In this document: piece after piece, positions 8,301-19,588 of the stretch | How positions within the stretch are numbered: position 1 is the stretch's first letter | Layout: every line of letters starts with the position of its first letter | Made by a program: the position numbers and the translations under genes | Assembly: GCA_024635455.1 (NCBI GenBank) | Contig: JAGXIU010000002.1 | Location: 44,309-108,308, forward strand | DNA length: 64,000 nt | Source: Candidatus Saccharimonadota bacterium | Lineage (GTDB): Bacteria > Patescibacteriota > Saccharimonadia > Saccharimonadales > SLHW01 | Direction: 5' to 3' | The notes under the pieces: generated by a model | Seen by the model: only the letters and a program-made list of their open reading frames with translations | The model's database searches: none | Told to the model about the DNA's origin: nothing

Positions 8301-10946
8301 CTAAAGTTCACCCCAATGAGAACCAATTACTACGTCAACTTCTAAATTGACCGGTAATTTGTATATGTTCTGCATGGTATGCTTCATCTTCTTAGCTACA
8401 GATTCAGCAGACTCAGCAGGACATTCTACAAGGATTGAGTCGTGAATTTGCAGTAGCTGTGTTGCTCCAGACGGCAGGATATCGTCAACCGCCACCATAG
8501 CCATCTTCATAATATCGGCCTCAGTGCCTTGAATCGGCATGTTGATTGCTGCTCGTTCTGCGGCTTGACGAACAATAAAGTTACTCGACTTTATATCTGG
8601 TGTTGGCCGGCGGCGACCAAAAAGTGTTTCTACGTAGCCAACGTCGCGCGCCTGCATTTTTAAGCTCTCGATGTACTCCATAATTGGCTTGCGAATAGAA
8701 AAGTAAGTATCGATAAACTTTTTTGCGGCTGCGTAGGACATGCCGGTGGCTGCGACCAAACCGTGTGGACTCATGCCATACAAGATACCAAAGTTTATAA
8801 CCTTAGCGTCGCGTCGCATCGTCTTGGTTACGTCCTCGGGATTACGGCCATATATTTGTGCAGCTGTTGTAGTGTGAATATCGGCACCATCATTAAACAT
8901 CTTTATGAGCTCTTTATCATCAGCTAAGTATGCTGCTAAACGTAACTCGAACTGCGAGTAATCTGCGCTCACAAGCTTATTTCCCTCTGCAGCCACAAAG
9001 GCTCGACGAATTCGTTTACCAAGCTCAGTCCGCACTGGTATGTTTTGTAAATTTGGATCAGTTGAGCTGAGCCGACCAGTCTGAGCAATCGTTAAGTGAA
9101 ACGTGGTATGTACACGTGAGCGCTCGTCGACCAGCTTTGGCAGAGTATCGACATAGGTACTCTTCAGCTTGGTGTATTCACGGTACTTTAAAATACTCTC
9201 TATGACCGGATGTTGCCCGCGGAGCTTACCGAGCTGATTTGCAGCAGTTGAGTAGCCGGTTTTACCCTTTTTTATACCGTTAGTTGGCAGCTTCATCTCC
9301 TCAAACAATACCTCACTTAATTGTTTCGGTGAGGAAACGTTAAATTGCATATCGGCATACCCATAGATTTCTTGCTCGACGTCGTTAATATCATCAGCTA
9401 GTTCCTCTGACATTTTTTCTAAGTAAGCAGTATCGAGCTGAATACCTTCGTGTTCCATACGTGCCAAAACCGGTATAACTGGCCACTCCACGTCTTTCGC
9501 TAAATCGGTAAGCTTCGGTATATCTTGAAAGGACGTTTTTTGCTGTTTGTGTAGCGTCTTAATAAGCGCGCTGACCTCACCTGCTCGACTGGCAAACTCT
9601 TCGTCAGTGCAGTCCTCAAACGAAGATCCGTCGTAAGCAAATTCGGTTTGCGCTAACTCGGTGAGCGACTGTTCCCGTCGCAATGGGTTGAGTAAAAAAG
9701 CACCGACAAACACATCATGATCAACTTTTGGGAGCGGCAAACCTAGTTCGTACAAAACCTGCAAATTAGCTTTTGTATCATGCCCAATAATTGATTTTAC
9801 GGATGAAAAACAATCAGCCAATGCCTCAATAGATATATCAGCAAGAGTTATGACGTAGGTAGTCGGCTTATCTGCCTCTGAAACCGTTATTGCATAGGGT
9901 TGTTTGCCATGGGCATTTTTCGCCCTGCTTTGAATGTAGATAGTCTTTGCTAGGTTCAGTTTCTGTAAGGATTCGTCAGTTTTTATATAGACAACTTCTT
10001 CAGGTACGATACGCTTGCTTGTCGATAGTGCAGGCGTACTGATTGCACCGCTGCCGTTCATTGAATCAGGCAGTTGCCGAACAAGTGTCCTAAACTCGAG
10101 CTTTTCAAAAATAGATCGAATTTTTTCTACATCTATATCGTCACCATTCATTTTACTGACATCAAGTGGGATTGGTACGTCGGTCCAGATAGCGGCAATT
10201 TTTTTGCTCAAGTAGGCTGACTCTTTGCCGTCTTCGAGTTTTTTGCGCACAGAATTTTTTATAAGATCAAGGTTTGCATACACACCATCGAGCGAATCAT
10301 GCTCCTGAAGTAATTCTGTAGCCGTCTTCTCGCCAATGCCTGCTACCCCTGGGATATTATCAGATGAATCACCCTTTAATGCCTTAAAGTCAAGAAATTG
10401 ACTCGCTTTGATGCCATATTTTTTCTCCAGTGATTCTGGTTTGAATAATTCTATGTTACTTAAGCCTTTCTTGAGCGCATAGACATGAACTAATGGGTTA
10501 ACCAACTGCAGTACATCTAAATCGCTAGTGATGAGTTGCGTTTCTATACCCTGCTTGCTTGCCTCTACCGCAAACGTCCCCATAATGTCATCGGCCTCAT
10601 AGTCATCAATTTCATACAATGGCCAGCCAAACGCATCGAGTAATTCGTGCAGTACCGGGATCTGCTCATAGAAGTCTGGTGGGGGCGGTGTTCGGCCAGC
10701 TTTATATTCCGGGTATAACTCTTTACGTTTACGTATGTTGGTTTTTGGCTTATCCCACGCGACACAAACATAGTCTGGCTTAAGTTTCTTTATAACCTCT
10801 AGCGCCATAACTGCAAAACCATAGACTCCGCCAGTCGGGGTGCCGTCTTTCGTAGACAAATCGCGCATGGCATAGTACCCACGATAAAATACCGATTTAC
10901 CATCAATAATGGCTAATTTTTTGGGTGTATTGTTGGGTGTACTCAT
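8301..10946 (-). CDS. polA: DNA polymerase I
   Basis: 881 aa. It has a 5' nuclease N-terminus (LAIIDGKSVFYRGYYA) and polymerase motifs DYSQFELRLAAYL and QIHDSILVE. Confidence 0.96.
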   Translation of the reverse strand: MSTPNNTPKKLAIIDGKSVFYRGYYAMRDLSTKDGTPTGGVYGFAVMALEVIKKLKPDYVCVAWDKPKTNIRKRKELYPEYKAGRTPPPPDFYEQIPVLHELLDAFGWPLYEIDDYEADDIMGTFAVEASKQGIETQLITSDLDVLQLVNPLVHVYALKKGLSNIELFKPESLEKKYGIKASQFLDFKALKGDSSDNIPGVAGIGEKTATELLQEHDSLDGVYANLDLIKNSVRKKLEDGKESAYLSKKIAAIWTDVPIPLDVSKMNGDDIDVEKIRSIFEKLEFRTLVRQLPDSMNGSGAISTPALSTSKRIVPEEVVYIKTDESLQKLNLAKTIYIQSRAKNAHGKQPYAITVSEADKPTTYVITLADISIEALADCFSSVKSIIGHDTKANLQVLYELGLPLPKVDHDVFVGAFLLNPLRREQSLTELAQTEFAYDGSSFEDCTDEEFASRAGEVSALIKTLHKQQKTSFQDIPKLTDLAKDVEWPVIPVLARMEHEGIQLDTAYLEKMSEELADDINDVEQEIYGYADMQFNVSSPKQLSEVLFEEMKLPTNGIKKGKTGYSTAANQLGKLRGQHPVIESILKYREYTKLKSTYVDTLPKLVDERSRVHTTFHLTIAQTGRLSSTDPNLQNIPVRTELGKRIRRAFVAAEGNKLVSADYSQFELRLAAYLADDKELIKMFNDGADIHTTTAAQIYGRNPEDVTKTMRRDAKVINFGILYGMSPHGLVAATGMSYAAAKKFIDTYFSIRKPIMEYIESLKMQARDVGYVETLFGRRRPTPDIKSSNFIVRQAAERAAINMPIQGTEADIMKMAMVAVDDILPSGATQLLQIHDSILVECPAESAESVAKKMKHTMQNIYKLPVNLEVDVVIGSHWGEL

Positions 10947-11054
10947 ATTGCCTCGTTTGTACTAGTGTAACACTAGAGAAATTATTCGAGTGGGCCTAGC
11001 TGTAGTCCGTTATGAAATTAACGTTATAGTCGGTACCGATTTACAAAGTATAAA

Positions 11055-12047
11055 CTACGATGCGCGGCGTCGATCAACCTCATAAGTTCGGCGTATTTTT
11101 TCAAGCGATCTTGCCTCTATTTGGCGGATTGCTTCACGCGTAAGGCCAAGTTGATCACCAACCTCTTGTAAAGTTTGAGGGGAGCCGTCAAGCAGACCAA
11201 AACGACGAATAATCACCTCTCTGTCACGTTTACGCAGCCTTCTAAGTCGATTATGCAAATCTTCACTTTCAGCTGCAGCCATCGCGACACTCTCAGGATT
11301 AGGTGCTGTTTCATCTTGGACTATGTCTGCTAATTGAGCGCCGCCTGAAGTATTGTCCTTATTTCTGTTCTTAATAGGTTGATCAAGTGAAGCAGAGCTA
11401 GCAAAGCGTGACTTACGAAGTTCGGTTTTCTCTATTTTTTCTTGTGAAAAACCAGTTGCTTCGACTAGCCGTGATGTAATTTCAGCCTTCGTCATATTAC
11501 CGTCATCTATCTTTTCATAGGCTGTGAGAATCTTGGTGGCGTCCTGCCTGAAATGAGTCGGGAAGCGCACTGGCTCTACAATACTGTTGTCAGGGCGCCC
11601 ACGCTGGATAGCCTGACGTATCCACCAGTTTGCATAGGTTGTAAAACGATAACCTTTGGTTGGTTCAAACTTATCAACAGCCCGCTTGAGCCCCATATTG
11701 CCCACCTGGACTACATCAGCCAACTCCTCAGTATCACTTTTATATTTATGCGCGAGATGAACCACTAGTCGAAGATTATGCATAAACAAGCTATCGAATG
11801 CAGACCTTCCGAGCTCCTTTATTGTGTCGATACGATCGGGGTCAACATTTATTGCCGAGCCCTTTTCTTCAACGGCTTGGGCAGCTTTTAGTTGTTTGCC
11901 AAGCGACGCTTCTTGCTCGGGGGTTAATAAATCATGCCTACCAGCTTGACTCATGTATTGTGTAACGCTATCTGTTACAGTTGAGTCTTGCTCGATTACA
12001 CCGTAATCAGTAGTCTGCTCGTGATCCAATTTTTCTGGATATATCAT
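11055..12047 (-). CDS. RNA polymerase sigma factor, sigma-70 family (second copy, non-primary)
   Basis: Region 2 is FTTYANWWIRQAIQR. Region 4 is TLQEVGDQLGLTREAIRQIEARSLEKIR. Confidence 0.85.
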   Translation of the reverse strand: MIYPEKLDHEQTTDYGVIEQDSTVTDSVTQYMSQAGRHDLLTPEQEASLGKQLKAAQAVEEKGSAINVDPDRIDTIKELGRSAFDSLFMHNLRLVVHLAHKYKSDTEELADVVQVGNMGLKRAVDKFEPTKGYRFTTYANWWIRQAIQRGRPDNSIVEPVRFPTHFRQDATKILTAYEKIDDGNMTKAEITSRLVEATGFSQEKIEKTELRKSRFASSASLDQPIKNRNKDNTSGGAQLADIVQDETAPNPESVAMAAAESEDLHNRLRRLRKRDREVIIRRFGLLDGSPQTLQEVGDQLGLTREAIRQIEARSLEKIRRTYEVDRRRAS

Positions 12048-12120
12048 TGAATTATATTATCAAAATCAATACTACATAAAAAGTACTTGTGCCTACTATA
12101 GACTGTTCTTATAGCAGACC

Positions 12121-12966
12121 CTACTGATGACGTCGCAGCTCTTGTGCGTTTCGGGCAATTTGGCCGAGGGCAGAAAACGGATTTTGGTGGCTCGAGGTCG
12201 GTTCTTGACCAGAGCCAAGTGGAAAGGTGTCAGATATAACGTAAAGGTTTTCACCATTGGCGTCAAAACCATCGTGTCTTGCTTGCAACGCTCGCCGCGC
12301 CTGCCCCGCGTTTTGCACCCAAGCACCTGCGTTCGATGCAACCAAGACGCTGTCTTTTGACCCGATGTGATTGGCTGCCACTGCCATTACTTCATCACCT
12401 ATCGATGAGTTGACACGCACAAGCTCTACACGAACGCCGGCATCTTCCAATATGCCTCGAATAACGTTGTTAAAGTAATCGGCTTCGGTCATACCGGCTT
12501 CGACGTCATCACCTTCTTGTGGCTTCATTTCTCGATTGCCTGCTACCAAAAGCACGTCGGAAACTGCTCCTGATTCATTAGCCAACCGTTGGGCGCGGCG
12601 TTGCATCCAGTTGCGAACGCCACCAGTCACTAAAGCAACATCAATAGCAGCTTCACCTGACACAGTTTCTGAATTCATGTAAGACCTGTCGACGGGCAGG
12701 AGTAAACCAGAGCGCTCTACCCAACCTCGTGCAATTGTTACAGGATCATCGTTGGTTCCGATTTTTTCTTGCACGCCAGCTATGTTTTCTTGTAGTTCCT
12801 TTGATTGACCAACTGTACCAATAAGATTACCGAGATTTTGTACATCTGGTTCCTCGCTAAGCTCATGGTTGAACACTCGTGCCATTTCAGGTACTACTCC
12901 AGTTCCAATCTCATATACGCTGTGCGCTTCTGGGTTAAATGATTTAAATGTTATTTGTTCACTCAT
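12121..12966 (-). CDS. hypothetical protein
   Basis: 281 aa from MSEQITF. AAGGAG lies 9 nt upstream of ATG 12966. I recognise no family with confidence. Confidence 0.55.
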   Translation of the reverse strand: MSEQITFKSFNPEAHSVYEIGTGVVPEMARVFNHELSEEPDVQNLGNLIGTVGQSKELQENIAGVQEKIGTNDDPVTIARGWVERSGLLLPVDRSYMNSETVSGEAAIDVALVTGGVRNWMQRRAQRLANESGAVSDVLLVAGNREMKPQEGDDVEAGMTEADYFNNVIRGILEDAGVRVELVRVNSSIGDEVMAVAANHIGSKDSVLVASNAGAWVQNAGQARRALQARHDGFDANGENLYVISDTFPLGSGQEPTSSHQNPFSALGQIARNAQELRRHQ

Positions 12967-13211
12967 TATGATAATCTCCTTAGTCTGCATTTTTTACTCC
13001 AGCTGATCAATATCTTCTTACGTGATACCTATATTGGATAATTATTGGATAATTTATTAGCTCCCTGGCTTGAAATGCGCTCCGGTATTAGAGCCCCGAG
13101 GTGACGATTTGCTTGCGTCCAAGCCACTTGCTCGTCCGAATAAAGCTCATAGCTGTCAGGCACTTCAAGTTACTTCTCCGCCATGATAGTATTATCATAG
13201 CATTTTTTGTG

Positions 13212-13817
13212 CTATTTAGCAATATCTTGTAATAACTGTTGGGCGTGTTTCTCGAATGTAGCAAAATCGTCATTGTTTTCTATGGTATCTGTGGCATTTT
13301 CTTTCACGTAGGCTACATCCATTTGAGCATCCTTGGGAATACTGAGCTTCGGGCGCCACTGTAATGCTTCGTGAGCAAGGAATGTATCCATGTCTATATT
13401 TTTCATCTCACCATCTCGAGAGAACCCGAGCGCGCGAGCATAGCGAATATCGTCACTCGCTTCTACCCATATAAGTCGGCCATGATGTGTACGTATAAAA
13501 TCTACTTCTGTCGGAGTGCGAATACTGTAGAGTACAAGTCCAGTGTATGAAGCCTCTTTCTTTGCTTCTTTATATGCTTCAATCGCTTTGCGCAATACCA
13601 CATCTGCGCCAAATTGTTGTCGTAGGTAATTTGCAGTCTCGGTCATGTTGGCTACCGATATTGGATTATCCTCATCAACATGCCGCTGCCGCGACTGCTC
13701 TCGCACGATATCTCCTAATGATACACCGAAATACCCTGCCTCAATAAACTGCTTGGCTAGGGTATCTTTGCCGCTACGAGGTAGACCAGCAATACCAACA
13801 ATATTCATTTCTGACAT
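13212..13817 (-). CDS. P-loop nucleoside/nucleotide kinase-like protein
   Basis: It has a Walker A-like GIAGLPRSGKDT motif at the N-terminus. At 201 aa, its size and layout resemble dNMP or dephospho-CoA kinase-like proteins. Confidence 0.6.
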   Translation of the reverse strand: MSEMNIVGIAGLPRSGKDTLAKQFIEAGYFGVSLGDIVREQSRQRHVDEDNPISVANMTETANYLRQQFGADVVLRKAIEAYKEAKKEASYTGLVLYSIRTPTEVDFIRTHHGRLIWVEASDDIRYARALGFSRDGEMKNIDMDTFLAHEALQWRPKLSIPKDAQMDVAYVKENATDTIENNDDFATFEKHAQQLLQDIAK

Positions 13818-13827
13818 AAGGTCACCC

Positions 13828-14973
13828 TTATTTTATATAGTCCTGTAAGCGTTTGCTCTCTCGGTGTTTGCGTAACTTTGCAAGTGCCTTGGCTTCAATT
13901 TGTCTGATACGCTCCCGGGTTACCATAAACTCTTGCCCGACTTCCTCGAGTGTGTGGCTCTTGCCATCTTCGAGCCCAAAGCGAAGCTTGAGTATCTTTT
14001 GTTCTCGCTCAGTCAGCGTTCCGAGCAAACCTTTTACATGCTCCTTCAGAAGTGAACCTGTTGCTGATTCTTCAGGGGTAATCGTGTCCTCGTCAACAAT
14101 AAAGTCACCCAAGACAGAGTCCTCTTCGTCGTCTCGTACTGACGCATCTAGACTCGAAATATCTTGTTTGATCTTCATGATGTGTTCGACTTTTTCGACT
14201 TCAAGCTCCATTGCTTTAGCAATTTCTTCATGAGTAGGTTCACGATTAAGCTCCTGTGTCAGACGTCGCTGAGTACGTAGTAGCTTATTGATTGTCTCCA
14301 CCATGTGCACAGGAATACGAATGGTTCGAGCCTGATCAGCGATAGCACGAGTAATTGCTTGACGAATCCACCATGTCGCATAGGTACTAAACTTGAACCC
14401 CTTGTCAGGATCAAACTTCTCTACTGCTCGCAGCAGCCCAGTGTTCCCCTCTTGAATAAGATCAAGTAAGTCTAGCCCACGGCCAACATAACGCTTGGCA
14501 ATAGACACCACGAGGCGCATATTGGCCTCCGCCATTTTGTCTTTGGCGCCGGGCTCGCCAGCCACAACTTTGTTTGCCAATATAAGCTCTTCATCAGCGC
14601 TTAATAACGGAATTTTACCGATTTCTCGCAAATACAAGCGAACTGAGTCATCGGAAATATCATCAAGATAAGAGGTGCTTTGCGGAATAACTTCTTCGTC
14701 GTCATCAGACACCCACTCATCACTGAGCTCTTTTTTATCAATCTCTGGTGGGATAACAATCTCAACACCGCTATCAGATAGCTCAGTGTAGAGAGTATCG
14801 AGCACCTCTTCATTCTCTGGGGTGTCGGGAATAACCTTAAATATATCTTTTTGGTCAATTTTTTTGTCTTTTTGAGCGGTATCAATAAGCTTCATGACCG
14901 CTTTTGGGTCAAGTACGTCCGGAGTCTCGTTCTCCTTTGGCTTCTGCTGCTTCTTATTAGACTTTTTTGCCAT
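13828..14973 (-). CDS. rpoD: RNA polymerase primary sigma factor
   Basis: It has [30 protein letters not shown] and the region 4 sequence [24 protein letters not shown]. It lies directly downstream of dnaG. Confidence 0.92.
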   Translation of the reverse strand: MAKKSNKKQQKPKENETPDVLDPKAVMKLIDTAQKDKKIDQKDIFKVIPDTPENEEVLDTLYTELSDSGVEIVIPPEIDKKELSDEWVSDDDEEVIPQSTSYLDDISDDSVRLYLREIGKIPLLSADEELILANKVVAGEPGAKDKMAEANMRLVVSIAKRYVGRGLDLLDLIQEGNTGLLRAVEKFDPDKGFKFSTYATWWIRQAITRAIADQARTIRIPVHMVETINKLLRTQRRLTQELNREPTHEEIAKAMELEVEKVEHIMKIKQDISSLDASVRDDEEDSVLGDFIVDEDTITPEESATGSLLKEHVKGLLGTLTEREQKILKLRFGLEDGKSHTLEEVGQEFMVTRERIRQIEAKALAKLRKHRESKRLQDYIK

Positions 14974-14996
14974 GCGCGTACTGTCTACTCCCTTGG

Positions 14997-16751
14997 TTAG
15001 TGTTTTAATAGTGAATTTAGCTGATGCACCTCTGTAAGTAACTCAGCTTGTTTGTCTTCATCAGCATCTTCTAGCTTGGCTAAAATCGCTTGTTTTTTGT
15101 ACTTCACGTATTGTTCAACGAGGCGAGTCTTTATTCTGCTGGCTTCATCACGAAGCTCAACTAGGTCAAGATCTTTATATAATTCCTCAAACTGCAATTC
15201 TAGAATTTTAACATAATCTTCGTGTTCCTTCAAAGTTGGGTCTTTCCGTAGCTCATCAGCTGGGACAACCTTATCGATGATAGTATCTTGTAACTTTCGA
15301 GCAGGACCGTCCTCTAGTACCTCTGGTGGTATCGACAAAATGTTTTTGCGAATAGCCGGTTGGAAGAGCGCCAATGCCATCAAATGGTCTTGTATTTTGT
15401 TGCGCTCCTGACGAGCCTTATCTTCTACGGATGTATCTACGGTTTGAGTCGGTTTTTTCCGACGCGGCGGAGTTTGTTTACTCTGCGATTGTCGCAACTT
15501 TGCTCGCAACGAATCACGAGATACCTCTAGCTTACGTGATATAACACCTAGATAATGGTCTTGTTCAACACTATCCTTGATTGATCCAATCATCTTCAGT
15601 ACGACATCACTAAACGCTCGCTTCCCCTGAGCGGTGGTAATATCTAGCTGTTTTTCGTAGCGCTCAATCAACCAGTCGACGGCGTAAACAGGTTTTTCCA
15701 AGATAGCCTTCCAGGCATCAATATCAGACTTGATGAGATCATCAGGATCTTTCCCTGCTGGTAGCGGCAAAACACTCAACGAAACGCCGACTTCTGCAGC
15801 CACACCGATGGAGCGCTCGATAGCATTTTGCCCAGCGTTATCCTGGTCAAAGCAAATTCGCAAATCATCTGTAAAGTGCAGCATTGATTTCAGGTGATGG
15901 GTTGTAAGTGCGGTTCCAGCAGTTGCCACGACTTCACGCGTACCAGCCTGATGTGCAGCAATAACGTCAAGATTACCCTCGACTAATACTGCGTATTTCT
16001 GCTGACGAATAGCTTCCTTGGCCAAATGGAACGCATAGACGTGTCTACTTTTGTCATACAGTAGCGTTTGCGGAGTATTTATGTACTTGGGTGCATCTTT
16101 ATTGTCTTTTAACAGACGAGCAGTAAATCCAATCACCCTACCCTGTCTGTCCATGAGCGGTACCATGATTCTGCCGCGAAACATATCACTTGGCCTGCTG
16201 TAACGCGTGGTGACTAACCCGGCAGCTTTTAGTTCGGTGTCCTTGAATCCTTTTTTACTTAAGTAGCTATAGAGTTCACTACCATTTTCTGGTGAGTAGC
16301 CCAACCGAAACTCTAGTGCTATATCTTTGGTGAAGCCACGCTTCTTTAGCACGTACTCGAGAGCGGGTGTGTGTTTGGTAAATTGCCGCTGATAAAAGTG
16401 CGCAGCTGCCTCTAAAGCCTCATGCAAGCGTTCTTTGTGCTTCGTGTTTGACCCTGAGCCAGAGCTCCGATATTGATCTAGGTCAATACCAGCCTTACGA
16501 GCCAATTGCTCAAGTGCCCCCTTAAAGTCGAGCCCCTCAACCTCCATCAAAAAACTAAACATGTCTCCCCCGCGACCAGAGCTGAAGTCATGCCATATCT
16601 GCTTCTCTGGACTAACCATGAAGCTAGGCGTTCTCTCATTAGTAAACGGGCTTAACCCCTTTAAGTTTCTGCCGGAGCGCTTGAGCTCAATAAATTCACC
16701 CACCACATCTTCTATATCTAAGCGACTTTTAATGTCATCGACAGCATCCAT
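14997..16751 (-). CDS. dnaG: DNA primase
   Basis: It has a zinc-binding N-terminus ([34 protein letters not shown]) and a TOPRIM region ([16 protein letters not shown]). The start was set at ATG 16751. Confidence 0.92.
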   Translation of the reverse strand: MDAVDDIKSRLDIEDVVGEFIELKRSGRNLKGLSPFTNERTPSFMVSPEKQIWHDFSSGRGGDMFSFLMEVEGLDFKGALEQLARKAGIDLDQYRSSGSGSNTKHKERLHEALEAAAHFYQRQFTKHTPALEYVLKKRGFTKDIALEFRLGYSPENGSELYSYLSKKGFKDTELKAAGLVTTRYSRPSDMFRGRIMVPLMDRQGRVIGFTARLLKDNKDAPKYINTPQTLLYDKSRHVYAFHLAKEAIRQQKYAVLVEGNLDVIAAHQAGTREVVATAGTALTTHHLKSMLHFTDDLRICFDQDNAGQNAIERSIGVAAEVGVSLSVLPLPAGKDPDDLIKSDIDAWKAILEKPVYAVDWLIERYEKQLDITTAQGKRAFSDVVLKMIGSIKDSVEQDHYLGVISRKLEVSRDSLRAKLRQSQSKQTPPRRKKPTQTVDTSVEDKARQERNKIQDHLMALALFQPAIRKNILSIPPEVLEDGPARKLQDTIIDKVVPADELRKDPTLKEHEDYVKILELQFEELYKDLDLVELRDEASRIKTRLVEQYVKYKKQAILAKLEDADEDKQAELLTEVHQLNSLLKH

Positions 16752-16857
16752 ATACACTAGTGTACGTTTATTTCGTAATTCGAGAAAGTAGTCATGCTTA
16801 ACTTTTGGTTTGCGAGACTTCTTGATTTACTATATATGCTATATGTTCCCAAACAAT

Positions 16858-17379
16858 ATGACAGATCCAGGCAAGAAAAAACGCATCCTCATCGCCGCAG
16901 CTGGTGGAGGCATGTTGCTTATAATTATTATAATATTTTTGAGTATTATATTATCCGGCCCAAATATAGAGAGTAACTTCACAGCTATTGCTCAGCGACA
17001 AGCGGAAATAGCCAGGATTGCTGACATCGGCGCAGACAAAGCACGCGAAAGCCGCGTTAATTCTATAGCTACCACAACCCGTGCCTCTATAGCGTCGTCA
17101 CAAAATAGCGTGATTAGTAGGCTCGCGCAGAGTGGCGTCAGCCTTGATTCTTCTAGCCTAGCTGCGCGTCAAAGTCCCAGTACGGATAGTGAGCTAAACT
17201 CAGCAGAGCAAGCCAACCGGTTCGATGAGGAGTTTATAAAGATATTAATTGCTGAACTGCAAGAATATCAGAGTTTGCTTGAATCAACCTACGATCAATC
17301 TACGTCGAGAAGTGACCGTGAGCTACTCGACACGCTTCACAGTGAAGCTGCCGTCTTACTCAAGGCTATCGAAGACTAG
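16858..17379 (+). CDS. hypothetical membrane-anchored protein
   Basis: MTDPGKKKRILIAAAGGGMLLIIIIIFLSIIL is an N-terminal TM segment. The start was set at ATG 16858. Confidence 0.5.
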   Translation: MTDPGKKKRILIAAAGGGMLLIIIIIFLSIILSGPNIESNFTAIAQRQAEIARIADIGADKARESRVNSIATTTRASIASSQNSVISRLAQSGVSLDSSSLAARQSPSTDSELNSAEQANRFDEEFIKILIAELQEYQSLLESTYDQSTSRSDRELLDTLHSEAAVLLKAIED

Positions 17380-17727
17380 CTACTCGTTAAAAAGTGGTGT
17401 CTCTCCACCAGCTTTTGTTACTAGATCATAACTGTGCCGAATCAGCCCTTGCACATCTTCCCAAGGTAGCTGACCGGTTAATATTATGGTGTTCCAGTGC
17501 TTTTTATTTAGGTGGTAGCCCTCGAGGACTGTTTCGTACTTTTCGCGGAGTAAGGTCGAAAGTTGTGGGTCGCATTTAAGGCTCAAACGAACTGGAGCTT
17601 TTCCCTCTGGTATGAGTGCGTACATTTTGTCACCGACTTTATAGACGGCAACCTCTTCACCGAACGGATATTCCCGCCTGGCGTTTGGCATACTAAGCAC
17701 ATAATCTTCTACAGTTTTATGATCCAT
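17380..17727 (-). CDS. MmcQ/YjbR family DNA-binding protein
   Basis: 115 aa. The sequence EYPFGEEVAVYKVGDKMYALI...LSLKCDP...GYHLNKKHWNTI is typical of YjbR. Confidence 0.8.
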   Translation of the reverse strand: MDHKTVEDYVLSMPNARREYPFGEEVAVYKVGDKMYALIPEGKAPVRLSLKCDPQLSTLLREKYETVLEGYHLNKKHWNTIILTGQLPWEDVQGLIRHSYDLVTKAGGETPLFNE

Positions 17728-17811
17728 AGGCTACAGTTTAGAATGAAACGTCGATAGATAAAAGAATAACTACTTACAACCAAAATAAAAATGTGACATT
17801 ATTAGTCAAAT

Positions 17812-19467
17812 TTACTCCAGTGAACGTAGCAGTGATTGTTCTAGCTGACGCTTGGCAGGATCAGCGGCAGCTATTGGCATAGGTTGATGTTGTCTGCCAT
17901 TGGTAGATTTTTCGGTAAACAAACGAGGGTGCTTCTTTTTAATAGCAAGCATGATGGCAACTGTCCAAGCCTGAACCTCTTGCGGCGGTTGTTCGTATAC
18001 GTGCAAGAGGTCCAGTTCTTCGTTTACAACGTAGACTTCGGTGGTGTTTAGCTCTGGCTCTGAACTGTCACCACCACGGACAAACTCCGGAAACCGATTA
18101 GTTGATTCTACGATGTGGTGAAGGCGTTTTTTTAGGTCGTAGGCTAAGCCATAGTAACCGTGCCTCTCTAGGCCGCAGGCGATCTCATATGTGTCCCAAG
18201 GCCACACAGAACCGCTATGGTAGGCCCCTTCTCGAAATGTCGGCTCATATTTAGAAACTGTTCGGATACCCTGTGGGCTTAGAAGCCCCTCATCGAACAG
18301 CCGTCTAACAGTTTGTTCACGCTTGTACGTAATCTCTGGGTCGTCGCCATCCAGCAACGAAGAATTTAGCAAGTGACCAATGTTAGAGCTAACTACTTCT
18401 ATCGGGCGCATCTCTCCGTTATCATCTCTGTCGGCGCCGAGAGCAAAGTAGCCACCCACTTCATCGTCTATCCAAAGTTCTTTCAAGACAGCGCGACGCA
18501 GCGATTCGGCAGTATTAAATATCTCTCCTGAATGAAGCTCATCATTACTGTTCAGCGCGGTTGCGACCAAGGCGTCGTAGGTGAGGCCTTGCACCTCAAG
18601 TGTGGCGATGCCGTCAGCTGTGTTAGCCATTTCGCCGTTTTTATGACGATAAGCGTAGGCAGAATCTCGCCATCCTTGATTCATCATGCCAAAGCCAGGA
18701 CTACGGGTATCAAGATTTTTATACCAAAGTAGTCCCTGCGAGTCATTTTCTTGCAGCTCGCCATAGAGCCAGCCAAACGCTCTGTTAACAGCTGTCTCTA
18801 TCTGCTGTGTTTCGCCATTTTTGTCCACGTATGGTTTCTGCATTATCTCCGGGTCTTGTTTTGCGACTGTGTGGGCGGCATTTATAAATAGTGGCGTTGC
18901 GTCAATAGACCCATAAAACGGCCATCGCCAACCCTGCATAGCTGAAAATTTACGAGCTATCGGATCTTGAGGATCTTTTACGTGGTGGGGGACCTTGCCA
19001 AACCGTTCTTGGCCGAACGGCACCGAAGGATTTGGGTCGAGCTGCTCGTCCTTAACGCCTTGGTACTTCGCCAATTCCAAGATAGTGGATGTCATAAGCC
19101 GCGGATATGCGTCTTGCAAGTAGCCTGCGGTGCGCAATGAGTCACGCCCAAATAAATCCTCGTATTTGTTTAGGCTGGGGACATGTTCGTTCTCAGGGTT
19201 AGACCGAGATGCGACAGCTGGACCGTTTGTACCTATCTCAAGGCTCCGTTCTACTCCAGTCAACCACAGCATAGCCCGAAGCGCTGAAGGATGTCTTTCT
19301 GGGCGGACATCATCGACGTAGACAACATCGACGACTCTTTCCACCGGCGATAGGTAAGGAATTATCTCCGGCACACTCTCGCGCATATCCACATATGGGT
19401 CGACCTCATTTAAGCCAAGTAATGGATAACGTGGATAAGTTTCAGCCGAGTTATTTTCTCCTCTCAT
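17812..19467 (-). CDS. amylo-alpha-1,6-glucosidase (GDE_C)-like (alpha/alpha)6 glycoside hydrolase
   Basis: 551 aa. It has the FGRDSLRTAGY motif and a GSVWPWDT motif typical of this family. Confidence 0.7.
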   Translation of the reverse strand: MRGENNSAETYPRYPLLGLNEVDPYVDMRESVPEIIPYLSPVERVVDVVYVDDVRPERHPSALRAMLWLTGVERSLEIGTNGPAVASRSNPENEHVPSLNKYEDLFGRDSLRTAGYLQDAYPRLMTSTILELAKYQGVKDEQLDPNPSVPFGQERFGKVPHHVKDPQDPIARKFSAMQGWRWPFYGSIDATPLFINAAHTVAKQDPEIMQKPYVDKNGETQQIETAVNRAFGWLYGELQENDSQGLLWYKNLDTRSPGFGMMNQGWRDSAYAYRHKNGEMANTADGIATLEVQGLTYDALVATALNSNDELHSGEIFNTAESLRRAVLKELWIDDEVGGYFALGADRDDNGEMRPIEVVSSNIGHLLNSSLLDGDDPEITYKREQTVRRLFDEGLLSPQGIRTVSKYEPTFREGAYHSGSVWPWDTYEIACGLERHGYYGLAYDLKKRLHHIVESTNRFPEFVRGGDSSEPELNTTEVYVVNEELDLLHVYEQPPQEVQAWTVAIMLAIKKKHPRLFTEKSTNGRQHQPMPIAAADPAKRQLEQSLLRSLE

Positions 19468-19588
19468 TACTAGAAACTATAGCAAATATGAAAATATAAG
19501 ACAAGCTAGTTTCGTGTATGTCAAACGTACGCTATACTACCATGGCTAACGTGTGTAGTAATATGTACGTCCAAATTGGGAGGACAAA